64,000 nt of DNA from NCBI GenBank assembly GCA_046563655.1, contig CM102286.1, forward strand, positions 7,688,001-7,752,000, given 5' to 3'. Within the stretch, counting starts at the first letter, position 1. The number at the start of each line of letters is the position of its first letter. This document shows, piece after piece, positions 38,501 through 51,767 of this stretch. The stretch comes from Yuukianura sp. NJ FZ-2021 (Eukaryota). The notes under the pieces were generated by a model that was given only the letters and a program-made list of their open reading frames with translations, did not search any database and was not told the origin of the DNA. Position numbers and translations under genes: made by a program.

Positions 38501-41500
38501 TCAAAGATGACGCTGCACTTGCAGATTGCAAAAGCACCATCAGTAAAGGTCAGGACATCATCACTTCTTGTTTTCGCTCAGTGTTTATGGCCAAAAAATC
38601 TTTGGAAGACACCGCTGCCAAAGCGGAAGCAGCCGCCAGAGCTTCACTTCCACCAGCATCTCTGAACAATACCAGTGTGTTGAACTCATCAGTGATTGGT
38701 GCTTCAAAAACTCCCTCTGTGAAGTTGCCAAAGGTTGACCTTCCGACCTTTGATGGAAAACATGAGGACTGGGTGAGCTTTCGAGACTTGTTTTCTGCGA
38801 TTGTGGTGAACAATGGTGAGCTCAGCAGTGTTTTTAAAATGTCGTATCTCAAGTCATCGCTGAAAGGAGACGCTGCCCTTCAAATTCGGAATTACGCTGT
38901 AGCTGAGGGCCAGTTCGAAGAGGCGTGGCAAGAGGTCATCAAAAGGTACGAAAACACACGCGAAATTGTGCTATCATTGATTCGTAGGATTGCTGACGCC
39001 AAGTCAGTGACCTCTGACAGTGCCACGTCTCTGCAGCGTCTTATCGACACCGTGACAGAAGCTTTGAGGTCACTCAAGGTCCTGAAAAGAAAGGTTGACG
39101 ATTGGGACGACCTTCTCGTTTATCTCGTCTTGGAAAAGCTGGATCTTGAAACTCGAAAGGAATGGGGCAAGGTTCTACCTGCTGACAACCAGATGCCCAA
39201 GTTCAAGGACTTGACCGACTTCTTGGAGGTCAGAATCAGGAGCCTATAATCCATCTCCAAGGGCAGTCCTCGTCGAGGTGATAACCACCGTGTCCACCAT
39301 GTCACCGAAGGTCCTTCGACTTCTAAGGATTGTTGCTGCTGTTCCAAAGAAAGACACCCTATCTACAAGTGTCCAGTGTTCAACGAACAACCAGTTGCTG
39401 ATCGTCAGAAGTTCGTGACCCAGAAGCGTCTCTGCTACTCTTGTCTTTCGCCAGGGCACTTCACGAAAGAATGCAATTCCACATCTCGTTGCCGCCAGTG
39501 TCAGAAGAGGCATCACACCCTACTTCATGACACTCAGAGGGGTGCCAAGGGCTCTCCGTCCTACAACACGGCCCCACCTCCAATCACATCTTCATTCGTT
39601 CCTGGTGGCACTGCATTCCTTCCAGAGGCAACTTCGGCTGCTGCCACCATCAACTCTGCAGTCATCAGTGGCTTGTCCTCATCTCGACCTCTGCTGGCCA
39701 CCGCCATGGTGAAGGCCAAGAACAAGCATGGGACCGATTCGTGGGTTCGTGTCTTCCTTGATTCTGGAGCTCAAGGCAATCTTATCAGCGAAGCGTGTGT
39801 TCGTCGACTTGGATTACCTCGCTCCAGAAATGAACCACACATCTACGGTGTTGGTGACACGTACGTTGGCCAGAGCAAAGGAGTCACAACTCTCACCTTG
39901 ACCTCACATGACGGAGCCTATCAATTCTCAGTTGCTGCTCTCGTCATGCCAAAGGTCACGACCCCTCAACCAGACCATCCCTTAGACGCATCAACGTGGT
40001 CCCACCTAAAAGGACTGACATTGGCTGATCCGAACTTCCACATACCAGCAGAAGTGGACATGATCCTGGATGTTTCCTGTTTCTTCGCCTTGGTCACTGG
40101 ACAGAAGATTGATGGCCCCCCTGGAACTCCTTCTGCACTCAGCACTCGTCTTGGGTGGATCATTGGTGGCTCCGTGTCATCACAACATGCACAAGTTCAT
40201 GTCGTTCGAGTTCATCAGGTCTCCCTGCTGGACACATTGGACATTGAAGGTGAAGGAGCCATGCCTCCACTGCAAGCAGAGGCAGTACAAACCTACTCTT
40301 GTGTAGATGACGTCCAGTGTTCCTGTCCTACCAGTGAAGAAGCTGATGACACTCAGAAGGAACTCTCCGCCTTAGCTGAATCTGCCAAACTGGAACTCCG
40401 CCTTTCTCCGGAGACTTCATCGAAAGTCACCAAGCGATATGTCCCCTCGGAGATGTCAAGGGTATTCTACCATCTCAGCCTCTTAACTCCAAGGACATCC
40501 TCGGTCAAGTTATTCTTCCAAAGGCTCACAATCCCCAGACTTAAACTGTGCAGCGCCATGCTGCTTGCAAAACTGATCAACGTTCTCAACATTAGTCTTG
40601 ATGCTCAAATCAAGATCTACACTTGGACCGATTCCGAGATTGTTCTTCGCTGGATAAGCTGCCAATCCAGACGCTTCGAGACTTTCGTCGCCAACCGGAT
40701 TGCAGTCATCCAAGAGCTCATCCCAACGGAATCATGGAGATACGTTCCCTCTGCGCTGAATCCAGCCGACTGTGCCTCACGCGGGGTCACAGCGGCAAAA
40801 CTTCTGAACCATGATCTGTGGTGGGAAGGACCACCGTGGCTCAAGCTCCACACCACAGCATTGTTCCAGACTCCACAGAAGGACATCTCAGCCAAGGACT
40901 TCGAGGAGAAGAAGCGGATCCATTTCGTGACCTCACGTCCTTCGATGTCATTCTTCATCGCTACACGCTATTTAAACCTCAAGGTTCTCAATCGTGTTGT
41001 CGCTTTCGTGCTCAGATTCGCCAGGAATTCCAGCAAACAAAAGGACAAGCGATTGACCGGTCACCTCACTATTCCAGAATTACTAGGAGCACTGCTCATC
41101 ATAATTCGCCAAGCGCAAGAAGAGTCCTTCAACACAGAACTCAGCCAACGTGGACAACACAACGAGACTTCTCACTCGAGCACTCTCTTAGCGTTAAATC
41201 CATTTGTGGACAAGGAAAGTGGTTTACTCCGAGTCGGGGGCAGACGTCAGCATTCGGCTCTCAGTGACAGCACTAAACATCAGATCATCCTTCCCTCATA
41301 TCACCACTTTACGAAGCTGATTGTCGGAGACCTCCACTCGGACTTACATCATGCGGGTTTTCAACTTCTTTGGGCCGAACTGCGCAGGAAGTACTGGATT
41401 TCTAGTGCTCGAAATGTCATTCGTACCATCCTCCGAAGATGCGTCGTATGCCGAAGATTTCGAGCGGAACATGTCAACCAACGAATGGGATCTGTTCCTT

Positions 41501-44500
41501 CAGCCCGGGTCATACCTTCACGTGGATTCCAAACATTGGGAGCGGACTTTGCTGGGCCTTACACTATTCAAGTCACCAAGGGAAGAGGCAGGAAGCAGTT
41601 CAAGGCCTACATGTGTCCCTTCGTCTGTTTCGCTTCCAAGGCAATTCATCTCCAGCCAGTCACTGAACTCTCGACTCCAGCATTTCTCGCAGCTCTCCGT
41701 CGGTTTGTCTCTCGCCGTGGAATCCCATCCGACATCCACTCCGACAACGGAACAAACTTCGTGGGGGCCGAGCGGGAACTTCGTGAATTCATGGACATCG
41801 CAAAGAAGGACGAAGTTCACCACTACTTGACCGACAAGTCGATTCGATGGCACTTCATTCCACCAGGAGCACCTCATCAAGGCGGCCTTTGGGAAGCGGG
41901 ATTGACGAGATGGCAACATGTCACCCTGATGTTCCAGAATTTCTGGAGACGTTGGAGTGCTGAGTACCTGACCTCGTTGCGGCAACGTTACAAATGGAAG
42001 AAGAAGACGACAAATGTGCAGGTTGGAGATTTGGTGCTGATCCGAGATGACCCACTTCCGCCTCTCAAGTGGAAACTGGCAAGGATCGTGGAAACTCACC
42101 CCGGCAGTGATGGACTGGTGCGAGTCGTCTCCTGAAGACAGCCACTGGGACCCTCCAACGCCCTATCTCAAAGATTGCTCCCCTACTACAACTCAACGAT
42201 TAAGTTAGGGTAAAAATATAACTTTTCTTGACCGCCACGGCAAGTCATTAATTTTCTCACACACTAGACCCTTATGGCTAGCTACCCACCAGGTTTAAGA
42301 AAAATCGGTCGTGCACAGTCCTCTGGGTATTTCGTTAAACTTTTATTGTAAGGTCACACTTTAGATTAAGTATAGTATAGTATAGTCTTAGAGCTAACTC
42401 CTAGTATATGCTATAGTGTAAAAATTCGGATTTTTTCTTTCTCCCTAATTTTAGTTCTCCCTACAAAAATTTGGGACCGCCACGGTACAAGGTTAATTTT
42501 TTCAAATAGTAGACCCCTTAGACTACCTTCCTGTAAAGTTTCACGAGAATCGACCGTGCACAGGGTCCAGAATAATTGGTTAAAATTTGCACAAAATTAA
42601 CATTTTTTCTTAAGCATAGGTTATTTATACTGTATAGTAATCTATAGTTATAGAGCTATCTTTTTCATTTGAGTTGGAGGATCTCCATGACTCTTGACGT
42701 CTGATTCCATAACGTTTTGATTCCCTTTGATTGAGCTCATCGCTCAATGGGGGCAGAATGTTGAGGAATCAAGTGGAGATCCACTAATCTCCCTTCCTCC
42801 TTGTGTGACCTTCACTTCCGTTTAGTACACTTAGACTCTTATGGCTCTTCCGACACCACTCATCTCCTTGAGAGAGGACGAAGTGTCAACCTCACTGGAG
42901 GTGACGTGGCCACTCTCAAGGACAATGAGTGGAGGCTGAATCGCCTCAAATCCTAGTTTAGTTTCAAGTTAAGTTTAAGTCTCGTTCCAGCACTCGCTGC
43001 AATAGCTTCTCTCTTTTTCGCTCACTTGAGCAATAATTGTTTTCTAACAATAGTGGTCACTTGACCTATTACTGTTCTTAGTCTGACCCACTTGGGTCAA
43101 GTCTAGTTTTGCCTTGTATTGTGTCCTCCTCCTTGGAAAGTGGCAACAATAAAGCAACTAAAAATCATCTACAGTTTTTTGCACATCACTACAATCATCC
43201 ACCCATTTCAATAAGCAATCACATTGAGTTAATTAATTGGTTGCGACTTTCAAAAATATACGTGGTAAATATTTGTTTGGTAAAAAAAACAGAACTATGA
43301 ATACCTCATTGCGACGTCGAACGTTGCTCCTCCCCAATTCTCCAAAGAATACAAGTTGTGGAAGTGGTGCGCCACAAAAGGCGATATTCTCAGAAGATCA
43401 TGCGTCCTAACTCTTGTTGCCAACAAGCTTTGATGTGCGTCTCGGAATGTAGTGTCCATAAGGAGAAGGCCTTTTGAATTACGCACTGCTTTTGCAAATC
43501 CAGCGGGCCCTTCCTTTGTCAAAATGGAACGCAGACCATCGGGGAAGTGACCTTTAAAAACAAGTAGTTTTAAAATAATTTGTCCGAAGTTATTAAACTT
43601 TCGACAATGGCATCAACAATGAAATTACCGGGAGAAACCGGTACAGTTGGAATGATTTCCGATGGTTTCAAGCCCGTAGCCAATGGAGTCATAGGACCGT
43701 TCACAACAAGGTTGGCGAGATAAAAGAGAAGCTTCTGTGCACGGTTTTGACTTGGAGCGAACTGAAACAGTTGTGGATTTTCATCGATGAAGTGTGTGTC
43801 GACCGTACCGTTGACGAACTTCTGATTTTCAAGGACGTTCAAGAGGAAGGGAATATTTGTCTTTACACCTAGACACAAATAAGGTTTTCAAAATTTAAAT
43901 TGTCACCCACGCGATTCAATGAATTTTTAGTAAGGCAATGCAAACATACCACGAACTCGAAATTCTCTCAGAGCGCGGCTCATTTTCGCAGCAGATGCAG
44001 GAAGATCTCCAGCATGTGAAATTACTTTCACAAGAAGAGAATCGTAGTATGGAGATATAATTGCTCCGGAAAATCCAGCAGAGCCTGTAAAGTAAAGAAG
44101 CCAATGAGTTTTTCAAATTTTCGAAGATACTTTCCAAAATTCAATCCCTTTTCCGTAATTCCTTACCGTCTAGACGAATTCCCATCCCTTCCCCACTACG
44201 AAACACTTCAATTCTACCCGTGTCTGGCTGGAAGCCCTTCGCTGGATCCTCCGTGGTGACTCGACATTGAATTGCACAACCATCAACGTCGATATTTTCT
44301 TGACGAAGTCCCATTTCTGGTAATGTCATTCCTTCAGCAATTCGAATTTGTGCCTGGACAAGGTCAACCCTGGAATTTAGTTTAAGTTTTAAAAGGTTTC
44401 CTTTCCTACCTTTTAAACATATCTTAATGGTAAGGCTAGAGTAGAGTCAAACGTAAAGAATCCCTTACCCGGTAACTTCTTCCGACACGGTGTGTTCAAC

Positions 44501-46134
44501 TTGCAAACGTGCGTTGACTTCGATGAAATAGAAGTTCCCATTACTGTCCAAAAGATATTCAACAGTTCCAGCATTTTCGTAGCCGACGGATTCACACAGT
44601 CTGACGGCCGCTGCGGCCATTTGTTCCCGGATCTAGCACAATTTTTTTCTCATAATTATCTGAGGTTTGGAACCATAAAGCGAATAGAAGAATTTCGTTC
44701 TGTCTTACTTCTTCATCCAAATTCGGAGCAGGAGCGATTTCGACTACCTAAAAATTCAAAAAATAATGAACAAAAAATATCCTGGTATTGTCAACGTTTA
44801 GTTTTAGATTACCTTCTGGTGACGGCGTTGTACACTACAGTCCCTTTCGTAAAGATGAATTACATTTCCAGCTTTGTCTCCCAGCATTTGAAATTCAATG
44901 TGTCTTGGTCGTTCGATGAACTTTTCGATGAACATTGACCCTGAAACAAAATTAGCAGTTGGACGTTTTGTGAAGAATAATGGAAATACCAATAATGCTA
45001 TGGTAAAGGGCCTTTAAAAATTACCATTTCCAAATGCGGCCAACGCTTCCGAACTTGCTAGTTTGAAGAGCTCTTCAACATCCTGTGTGCAAAATATAAA
45101 ATGTGTTCAAGTGTCATGAATTGAAGAAAATATATACTGAATTCATACAAGGGCCTTCGTTTTATATTTCGTTTGGCAAACGAACTTTACCTCCATCTTT
45201 CTGACGACACGCATTCCTCTTCCTCCTCCTCCGTAGGCAGCTTTGAATATGACTGGAAGTCCGCTCTTTTTACAGAAGTCCAAAGCTTCCTCTGGCGAGG
45301 ACACAGGTCCGTCAGTTCCCTGGATAATTGGAACTGAAAACCAAAGCATACTGTAGCAAAAATCATCCCTTCATTGATATTTTGGTGGAGGTGTAAAGAT
45401 GCAATGCTTTTAAGCAAAAAACGCTTAAAATGATTCAGCATGTAATAAGTTTAAACATTCATACCACCAGCGGCAAGGGCCGATTCTCGGGCGGCCACTT
45501 TATCTCCCATCTTGGCCATGACGGCTGGAGAAGGACCGATAAACCGAATTCCATTGTCAATACAGCTTTGTGCAAAATCGTGACGTTCCGATAAAAATCC
45601 ATATCCAGGATGAATAGCATCAACTCCAGCTTCCTAAAATGAGCCTTAGTTAATTGTTTGGATTGGTTACTCCGTTTAATGACTGGTGCACCCACCTTGG
45701 CAATTTTGATTATTTCTGGAATATTCAAATAGGCCTGGACTGGTGCTAATCCTTTCCCAATTAAGTAGGATTCGTCGCTCTTCTGTCGATGCATTTGACG
45801 TGAGTCCTGTTCGGAGTAAATCGCCACAGATTTGATGCCAAGTTCGGCACATGCCCGAAATATACGAACAGCAATCTCTCCTACAAATCAAAATTCAAAA
45901 TTACTTCATAAAATCGAACTAACTAGACCAATATTTGGCTCTGTTAGGGTTTAATGGCATACCTCGATTGGCAACCAAAATGCTTCGAATTGGAACATAT
46001 TCAATTTGTGACGAATATTCTCTATACTGAACTGTAGATACGGCTGGATGAACTGCAAGGCTCCGTAGGGAAAGCAATGATTTTGGAAGACATGTCGCAG
46101 ATGAAAGCCCTCGAAATAGAGCCATATAGCCCAT
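32579..46134 (-). CDS. PC: Pyruvate carboxylase, mitochondrial (multi-exon, including ~20-30-nt microexons at ~33245-33264 and ~34079-34108)
   Basis: [117 protein letters not shown], biotin motif SAMKME; TGA at 32581-32579. Confidence 0.97.
35649..36310. repeat. 21-bp minisatellite array (CGGTGCGCGGTTCCCAGTACT and variants), left arm of the foldback element
   Basis: Read directly; explains the RCAVPST and VRGSQYS periodic ORFs. Confidence 0.92.
37385..38025. repeat. Inverted copy of the 21-bp minisatellite array, right arm of the foldback element
   Basis: AGTACTGGGAACCGCGCACCG units, the reverse complement of the left-arm array. Confidence 0.92.
38157..38168 (+). promoter_or_regulatory. Primer-binding site (tRNA-Lys-like)
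   Basis: TGGCGCCCAACG one base after the 5' LTR end; matches the first 12 nt of the tRNA-Lys(CUU)-type PBS TGGCGCCCAACGTGGGGC. Confidence 0.75.
38245..42203 (+). pseudogene. BEL/Pao gag-protease-(RT deleted)-integrase polyprotein, disrupted
   Basis: Gag region [23 protein letters not shown]; in-frame TAA at 39247-39249; Cys/His knuckles CYSCLSPGH and [13 protein letters not shown]; protease FLDSGAQ; no Yx[28 protein letters not shown]; integrase HHAG..CVVC, ADFAGP, SDNGTNF, GGLWE; C-terminal [11 protein letters not shown] frameshift at ~42132 precedes [18 protein letters not shown]. Confidence 0.9.
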
Positions 46135-47556
46135 TTTGGAAGGGCTCTGTGGACTGAATTAAATCCTGGAAAAGAAAGTAATGCAATAAAAATAATAAAA
46201 TCACCGTCAAAAACAGTACTACGACAATTTTTACTCACTTGAACACAACTTGCTAAAAACGGGATTTAGATCTCAATAAGGCCTCCACTCGGTCTGACGA
46301 TGGCAAGAAGTCCTGGAAAAGTGATCAGAAAAAGCAATGAAAAAAACTCGAGAATGACAAAATGACATTCACTGCATAAATGTTTAACCGCTATTTTATC
46401 ACCTCTTCAGCTCCTGGACAAAAAATATCCAACAGATCGATCAGGGGATGAGTGTCTTCTGGTCACGACAACCGGACTGGAAATTCTCGTGTCAGGCACG
46501 ATCACGACTTAAGAAAGTGAATGTCGGCTTATCACGGAGCGCTACCTGTAGATTGGCGAGTTAAGTGGTCAACAGGACACTGCCATGGTGGCTGAATCCA
46601 CAATGGATACAGTTGTGTTGTGTTGCTTGTTTCTATGTGATTAATTTACGACTATCTGTCTGTCTTCGGTAGTTTGGCAATAAGTACTAAACTAGGTATA
46701 AACTTCTTATCTAATTCTCAAACGAGTTGTTCGTTTGTGGCCTCCACCACCTCGCTCCCCGGAACTGGATCATTTCAGCAACAAGGCTAGCCGCGCCGCA
46801 CGTACACTTGATTGTATACATTTCGCACGGCATCTTTATATTCCAACGCCGAAGCGGAGCCGATGCCAGCATTCATTTTATAAACGCAATGATAACCAGT
46901 GGTAAATTGCCATTGCCAGGCCATTTTGTTTCGTGTACATGGGTCAGACAAGATAGTGAGTTAAGATGAAGAAATCTGAAATGGTGCTGACCTTCATGTG
47001 ACCTTCATTACAATTACAACTGATCCGATCCATTTGCATCTTATGTTATAAAGAAATAAGACTCGACTCGTCGTCATAAACAACAAAAAAAAGCTAAAGA
47101 CAGTTGGTCGTGCATGTCACTCGTTCGTGGAGTAGACTCTTCCATAAAACATGTGGTCGCACCCGTTACAAACTCATAAACAAAAACACAAAATAAATCA
47201 GCTGTTTCCAAATTCCAATTTACGTGAGCGAAACTTAAACTTGCCATACACAAACACAACACAAAATTAAGTAGTTACCAAATTCCCTGGTTTAATTCCT
47301 TGCCGGCTTCTAAATTATGATTATGAATAGATCCTGGGAGATTGGGTGCCATCGACTACGCTAAAAGGTCAGGTCAGTGCCAGTGGGGACAACGATTTTC
47401 CTAAACTAATATGTGGGTAGAAACAACTGTTGGAAACTGAATGAGCTTCCATTGTCAAGATTTGCTTTATAGTTGCTCTTGCTACACTGTCTAATGGCTG
47501 GTGGTGGGCAACTTAACTTTACATCTTTAGTTTTATCTTTATGTTACAGAGTAATC

Positions 47557-48454
47557 ATGGACAGGAACAGGAAGACGCACTACGAAATTTTGGAAGTGGA
47601 TCCGAGTTCTTCGGCGAAACAAATCCGGTCATCATTTTTGACCCTGTCGAAGAAGTATCATCCGGATACAAATTGCTCAGATCCGGCCTTACACGAGAAG
47701 TTCGTACAGATTAATGAAGCCTACTCAGTCCTTAGCAACTCTACTCAACGCAGATTTTATGACAATGAAATGAAGTTCCGTCGTCACACCGGCGCAGGCG
47801 CTGGTAGTAATTATGAATGGCCATCGCCAGTCAACAGGAATTATTCATATCACAGACATGGCTATGACGATTTTCAAAACTTTAGGTAAGCCGATTTAAA
47901 GTGTTGGGGACCTGGAAACGTTCGTTTTTAAGGTCGAGAGAACGCAGCATGGCCGGTGGCCAGGGAATACCAATTGCTAAAAAAATGCCAATACTGTTTG
48001 AGGACATTAAATTTTGTATTTTTCCCAGATGGAAAGACGAGTCAATCCATCCGAACAACAATCGCAAAAGATATTATTACAACTTCGAGTATTATGGTAT
48101 TAAAGGAGTTCATAGGAAATCCAACGGAACTGTAGCTGCGGGAGCATGTATTCTGATGATCATTGGAGCTTGCCTACACTACTGCGCTTTCAAGTACGTC
48201 TGCGCCTGTAGTGTTCACGTATTCAAAATGAGGCAGTTTATAATTCAAGACAGTCCAGGCAAAGTTAGTAATTCTTAACTCCGAATCTATTTCTGATTTA
48301 TAGAAAAACTCGCTCCACTCTAGCGGCATCGAAACTGAGGAAAAATGAAGAACTCATGGAGCAATTAAGGAAGACCACTAATGCGAGGAACAGCAATACT
48401 ACTCACAATGTCAACAATGAAACGATAGCACGTTTGCTACAGAAATCGCAATGA
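47557..48454 (+). CDS. DnaJ/Hsp40 J-domain protein, DNAJC4/DnaJ-60-like; an upstream exon may exist
   Basis: THYEILEV..KKYHPD..FVQINEAYSVLSN..RRFYD J-domain; second exon YYGIKGVHRKSN plus TM helix; third exon ends TGA at 48452-48454. Confidence 0.85.
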
Positions 48455-48841
48455 CGTAGTCTTTGCAATGGTGTGGAACATCTGTCAATAGACACCCAAA
48501 CAATGACCAACAGATTGCGTACCTGAACGAAGCCGGTATGTCCATGTCCTCTCCAAGTACTGTAAATCTTCAAATAATGCCCCTCCTTCAAATAATACAC
48601 CATGTCCCTATTAGTGCCTCTCCCCCAAGGGTCGTCGAAAGAAATTGAAGATTTAAGGTACTACACTGCCATCGTCGAGACAGTTATCAACTACCTATAT
48701 ATTGCTAGTCAAGGAAAATAATACAACGTACCTTGTTGATAGTCGTGAAAGTTGTAGTATCAGTTGTTCATTTAATTTCTCAAAATCCAAACTCGCACCG
48801 TCAAAATTAAACGTACCTCCATACAAGAATACGTAATGATT

Positions 48842-50256
48842 TCAAAATTGAATTTGTTGGCGAAAGTGGTGCTGTTGTGTCTTATTTCCAGAAACGCCAA
48901 GTTTCATGAAATACTTGTCACGAGCCTGCTTGAAAATTTTCTGGTCCCGGTGCTTCCTGTGGACACAAAGAAAAAAAAAACACAATGTATTCAACTACGT
49001 ATCCAATAAAAGCTAAAAGTGAAGGTGTCATTGTCTTCCATACCTTTGAGCTTCAGCCAAAGACGTCGTAGAGCCATAGCCGATAGCACGATATTTGGAA
49101 ATAATGCTATCCTTGGATGAGCGATGCGGCATTAGCTGAGCTCCGGGCCGAATGTATTGCCTTTGAAAGCCACAAATTAGATATAATACAGCTTCCATAT
49201 GAGTCACAAATCATGACTCAAAAATTAGTCTCTTCATAAGGAAATGTCTGATTACTTGTAGTATATCTTCAAGGCACGGTGACCAAGGGTAATTCCAGAC
49301 GGAAGAACCAACTGCATGTTGTCGTTGAAATGAAGTTCTTCCGGTTGATACAGTTCATCCGAGTTAACATTGGTGCCATCAGGATAACTGGAACTGTAGT
49401 CGTAAAAATCTGCGAATTCGAAGATCGCATCTGACTCGTGGAGAATTTTGCAGTGGCCTTTATCCCGCATATGTTGCTGCGTAAATAAATAGTAAACAAT
49501 AATTTCCCTCCATATATTGAACATTGCCATTATCATTTCATTGAAAAAGGCAAGACATTTTACCTGGACAGAGTTTACATCATAGAACTGCTTCCCTTTT
49601 CCGTTACACCACAGGCAAACGAGTCCTTCTCCAACCTTGGCGCCAAGATATTCCAACAATCCGTCAACGTCTATGCAGTATTCCACATCGGGGATAAAAA
49701 ATGAATGTTCTCGACTCATATGTTCTAAGTTAGAACTAGCCATATCCGTTTCATTTTCGCAAAATAAGCACTGTGTTGGCAAAAGCGGTGTCCCTTCGAT
49801 TTCGTCCCATTCTTCATCGTCATCTCCAGATGTTTCCTTTACTTTCCCTGGCTTCTCTGTGAGTCCAGATTGCAATTGTGATTTAGGCTTTGTCGTTTGG
49901 TTTTGCTTCTCTGATTTATCAGAATTTGCTAGCTCTCCCGATTCGGGAGAATTTCCGGAGAGTTGTAAATGTTTCTTTGAACTGAGATGATTTGTATAGG
50001 CCTTGTCGTTTCCGTAGTTCTTTCTGCACAACGAACAGTATCTTGAAACATCTTTCGATTCGCCAACTTGTTTCGCTTGTTGTAGGGCAACCCTTTCCGC
50101 AAAGTTTTCTGCCGTTACTGGCTCCAAGTCGACAACCTTCCTTTTCAAGTTGTAACGATGCCAGTCCGATTTATAATGATCTCGCTGAATATCCGCATCA
50201 CGGAAACCTACTCGGCACGTGATACACGTAAACAACGCTCCTTTTGCATCACTCAT
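48842..50256 (-). CDS. ZNF622: ZNF622/Rei1 pre-60S ribosome biogenesis zinc-finger protein
   Basis: FTCITCRVGF..QRDHYKSDWHRYNLKRKV; CSLCRKNY..HLSSKKH; CLFC..HMSREHSFFIPDVEY; CLWCN; HMRDKGHCK; LVLPSGITLGHR; C-terminal HFRQQIQF*. Confidence 0.95.
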
Positions 50257-51767
50257 TTCTTAACCTAAAATATAGACACAACAAGTTAACTCAAAACCAG
50301 TTAGGAAATAAATAAGTAAAATTTTATGGAAAGAAAAACATATTCTCTTTAAAAATATCTAACCTATTATACCTATAAGAGTTCAAGTAACGTTTCAAGT
50401 TGAAACTTAACGTTTCAAATGGCTAAATTGCAGTTTTGTTCTGCACTCTGCAGTTCTCCATGAGTTAAACCTAACTAGACACCGTCACCGTGCACTGCGC
50501 GCAGAGCGGAGAACAAAACTGCAACTCAGCCTTTCAAATAGACCGTGTGCTTGAACTTGATTCTTGAATTGTAATTTGCCAGTTCATTAGCGAGATCGAG
50601 GTCGAATGATAATGAATTTACTTACTTATCAACTGGTTGCTGGGTAGTTTCCTATACTGACTTGTGAGTAAAGTAACTGGAACGATTAGTATAGCGGGTA
50701 TCTTCCTCGTGCGTCTTCCTCGTATGGTGAGACTGGTGAATAATAAATTACTAAAACGAAATGACAACGAAATGACTGGTTGAATAAAATTCTGAATAAC
50801 ACGTTTCAATCAAATGCGATACAAACAAGGTAGGGCAATGCTCAAGGGTTGAGCATAGGTCTTCTGGAGGAGTAGACAATGGATACAACCAAACGAGAGA
50901 AACCGTTTTTGTGCACGAATTGCACCAAGATGATAATGAACCGTTTGAAAACGTTTTTAAAATGTTAAAAAAACCGCTTCCATCAAAATGTACAGATTGA
51001 GCTCTGAACAGTTCTCACTCTCTTCAAAATTACGTTGATGCACAATAAATTATTGTTCTCTAGTATGCACAAATTTTGAAATAACAAAGTCCATTACCGG
51101 GCGTGAAATTGACTGCAAAATTTGACAAATGTGTAACATGCACAAAATTGAACGTTGAAACTAACCTAAACAACCTGCACGTAATTCATTGCCAGTGTTG
51201 TCATGACAACGTCCATTACCCAGCGTCAAAATAACTGCACAATTTTACAATCATGTGCAATAAGTTTGCATCATGCACAAAATTAAGCGCATTTATAGGG
51301 TCCAATATCGATTGTTTAAAATCGAAATTATAAAAATTTCTAGTGAATGCAAATTTGACCCTTTCATTCACTATTCACATATTAAACATTTAAGCCGGAT
51401 TTTCTACCCTCTAACCAGGCTTAAATTAACAACGCGAATAAACATACTGTCAGCAAATGACAGGGTCAAATCTTCGTTGTTTAAATAAATTTTAAGTATA
51501 ATCGAAACCGACAAATGTCGGGAAACGACAACACTGCGTGTGCGTAAGGTGGCCGCCCACTTCTACGTTGTTAATCTAACACTTTGAGTGCAATGTAGAG
51601 GTAAAGAAAACACTTGAGCCGTAGATAACCCCCCGACTGCGATAGGGCTTAAGTTTAAGTGCAAAGGTTCCTAAAAAATGTGACAGACGGACAGACAAAG
51701 TCGTATCAATAGTCTTCTTCAGCATGTCGTAGACATGCGTCTGAAGACTAAAACTAGGTTCCATGTT

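Larger units (their letters stand above)
35227..43210 (+). mobile_element. BEL/Pao LTR retrotransposon, non-autonomous (RT deleted), inserted antisense in a PC intron
   Basis: TG...CA LTRs of 452 bp each (5': 35227-35579 + 38057-38155; 3': 42759-43210), one mismatch seen. 5-bp TSD ATAAG (35222-35226, 43211-43215). PBS follows the 5' LTR; purine tract precedes the 3' LTR. Confidence 0.95.

Noticed and set aside
39247..39249. Programmed gag-pol stop-codon readthrough
   Set aside because: The TAA falls before the Gag zinc knuckles and BEL/Pao elements normally have a single ORF, so a nonsense mutation is more parsimonious.
51060..51295. Diverged ~120-bp direct repeats (GTCCATTACC..ACTGCA..ATGCACAAAATT)
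   Set aside because: Probably a decayed TE internal repeat; no termini or TSD found.
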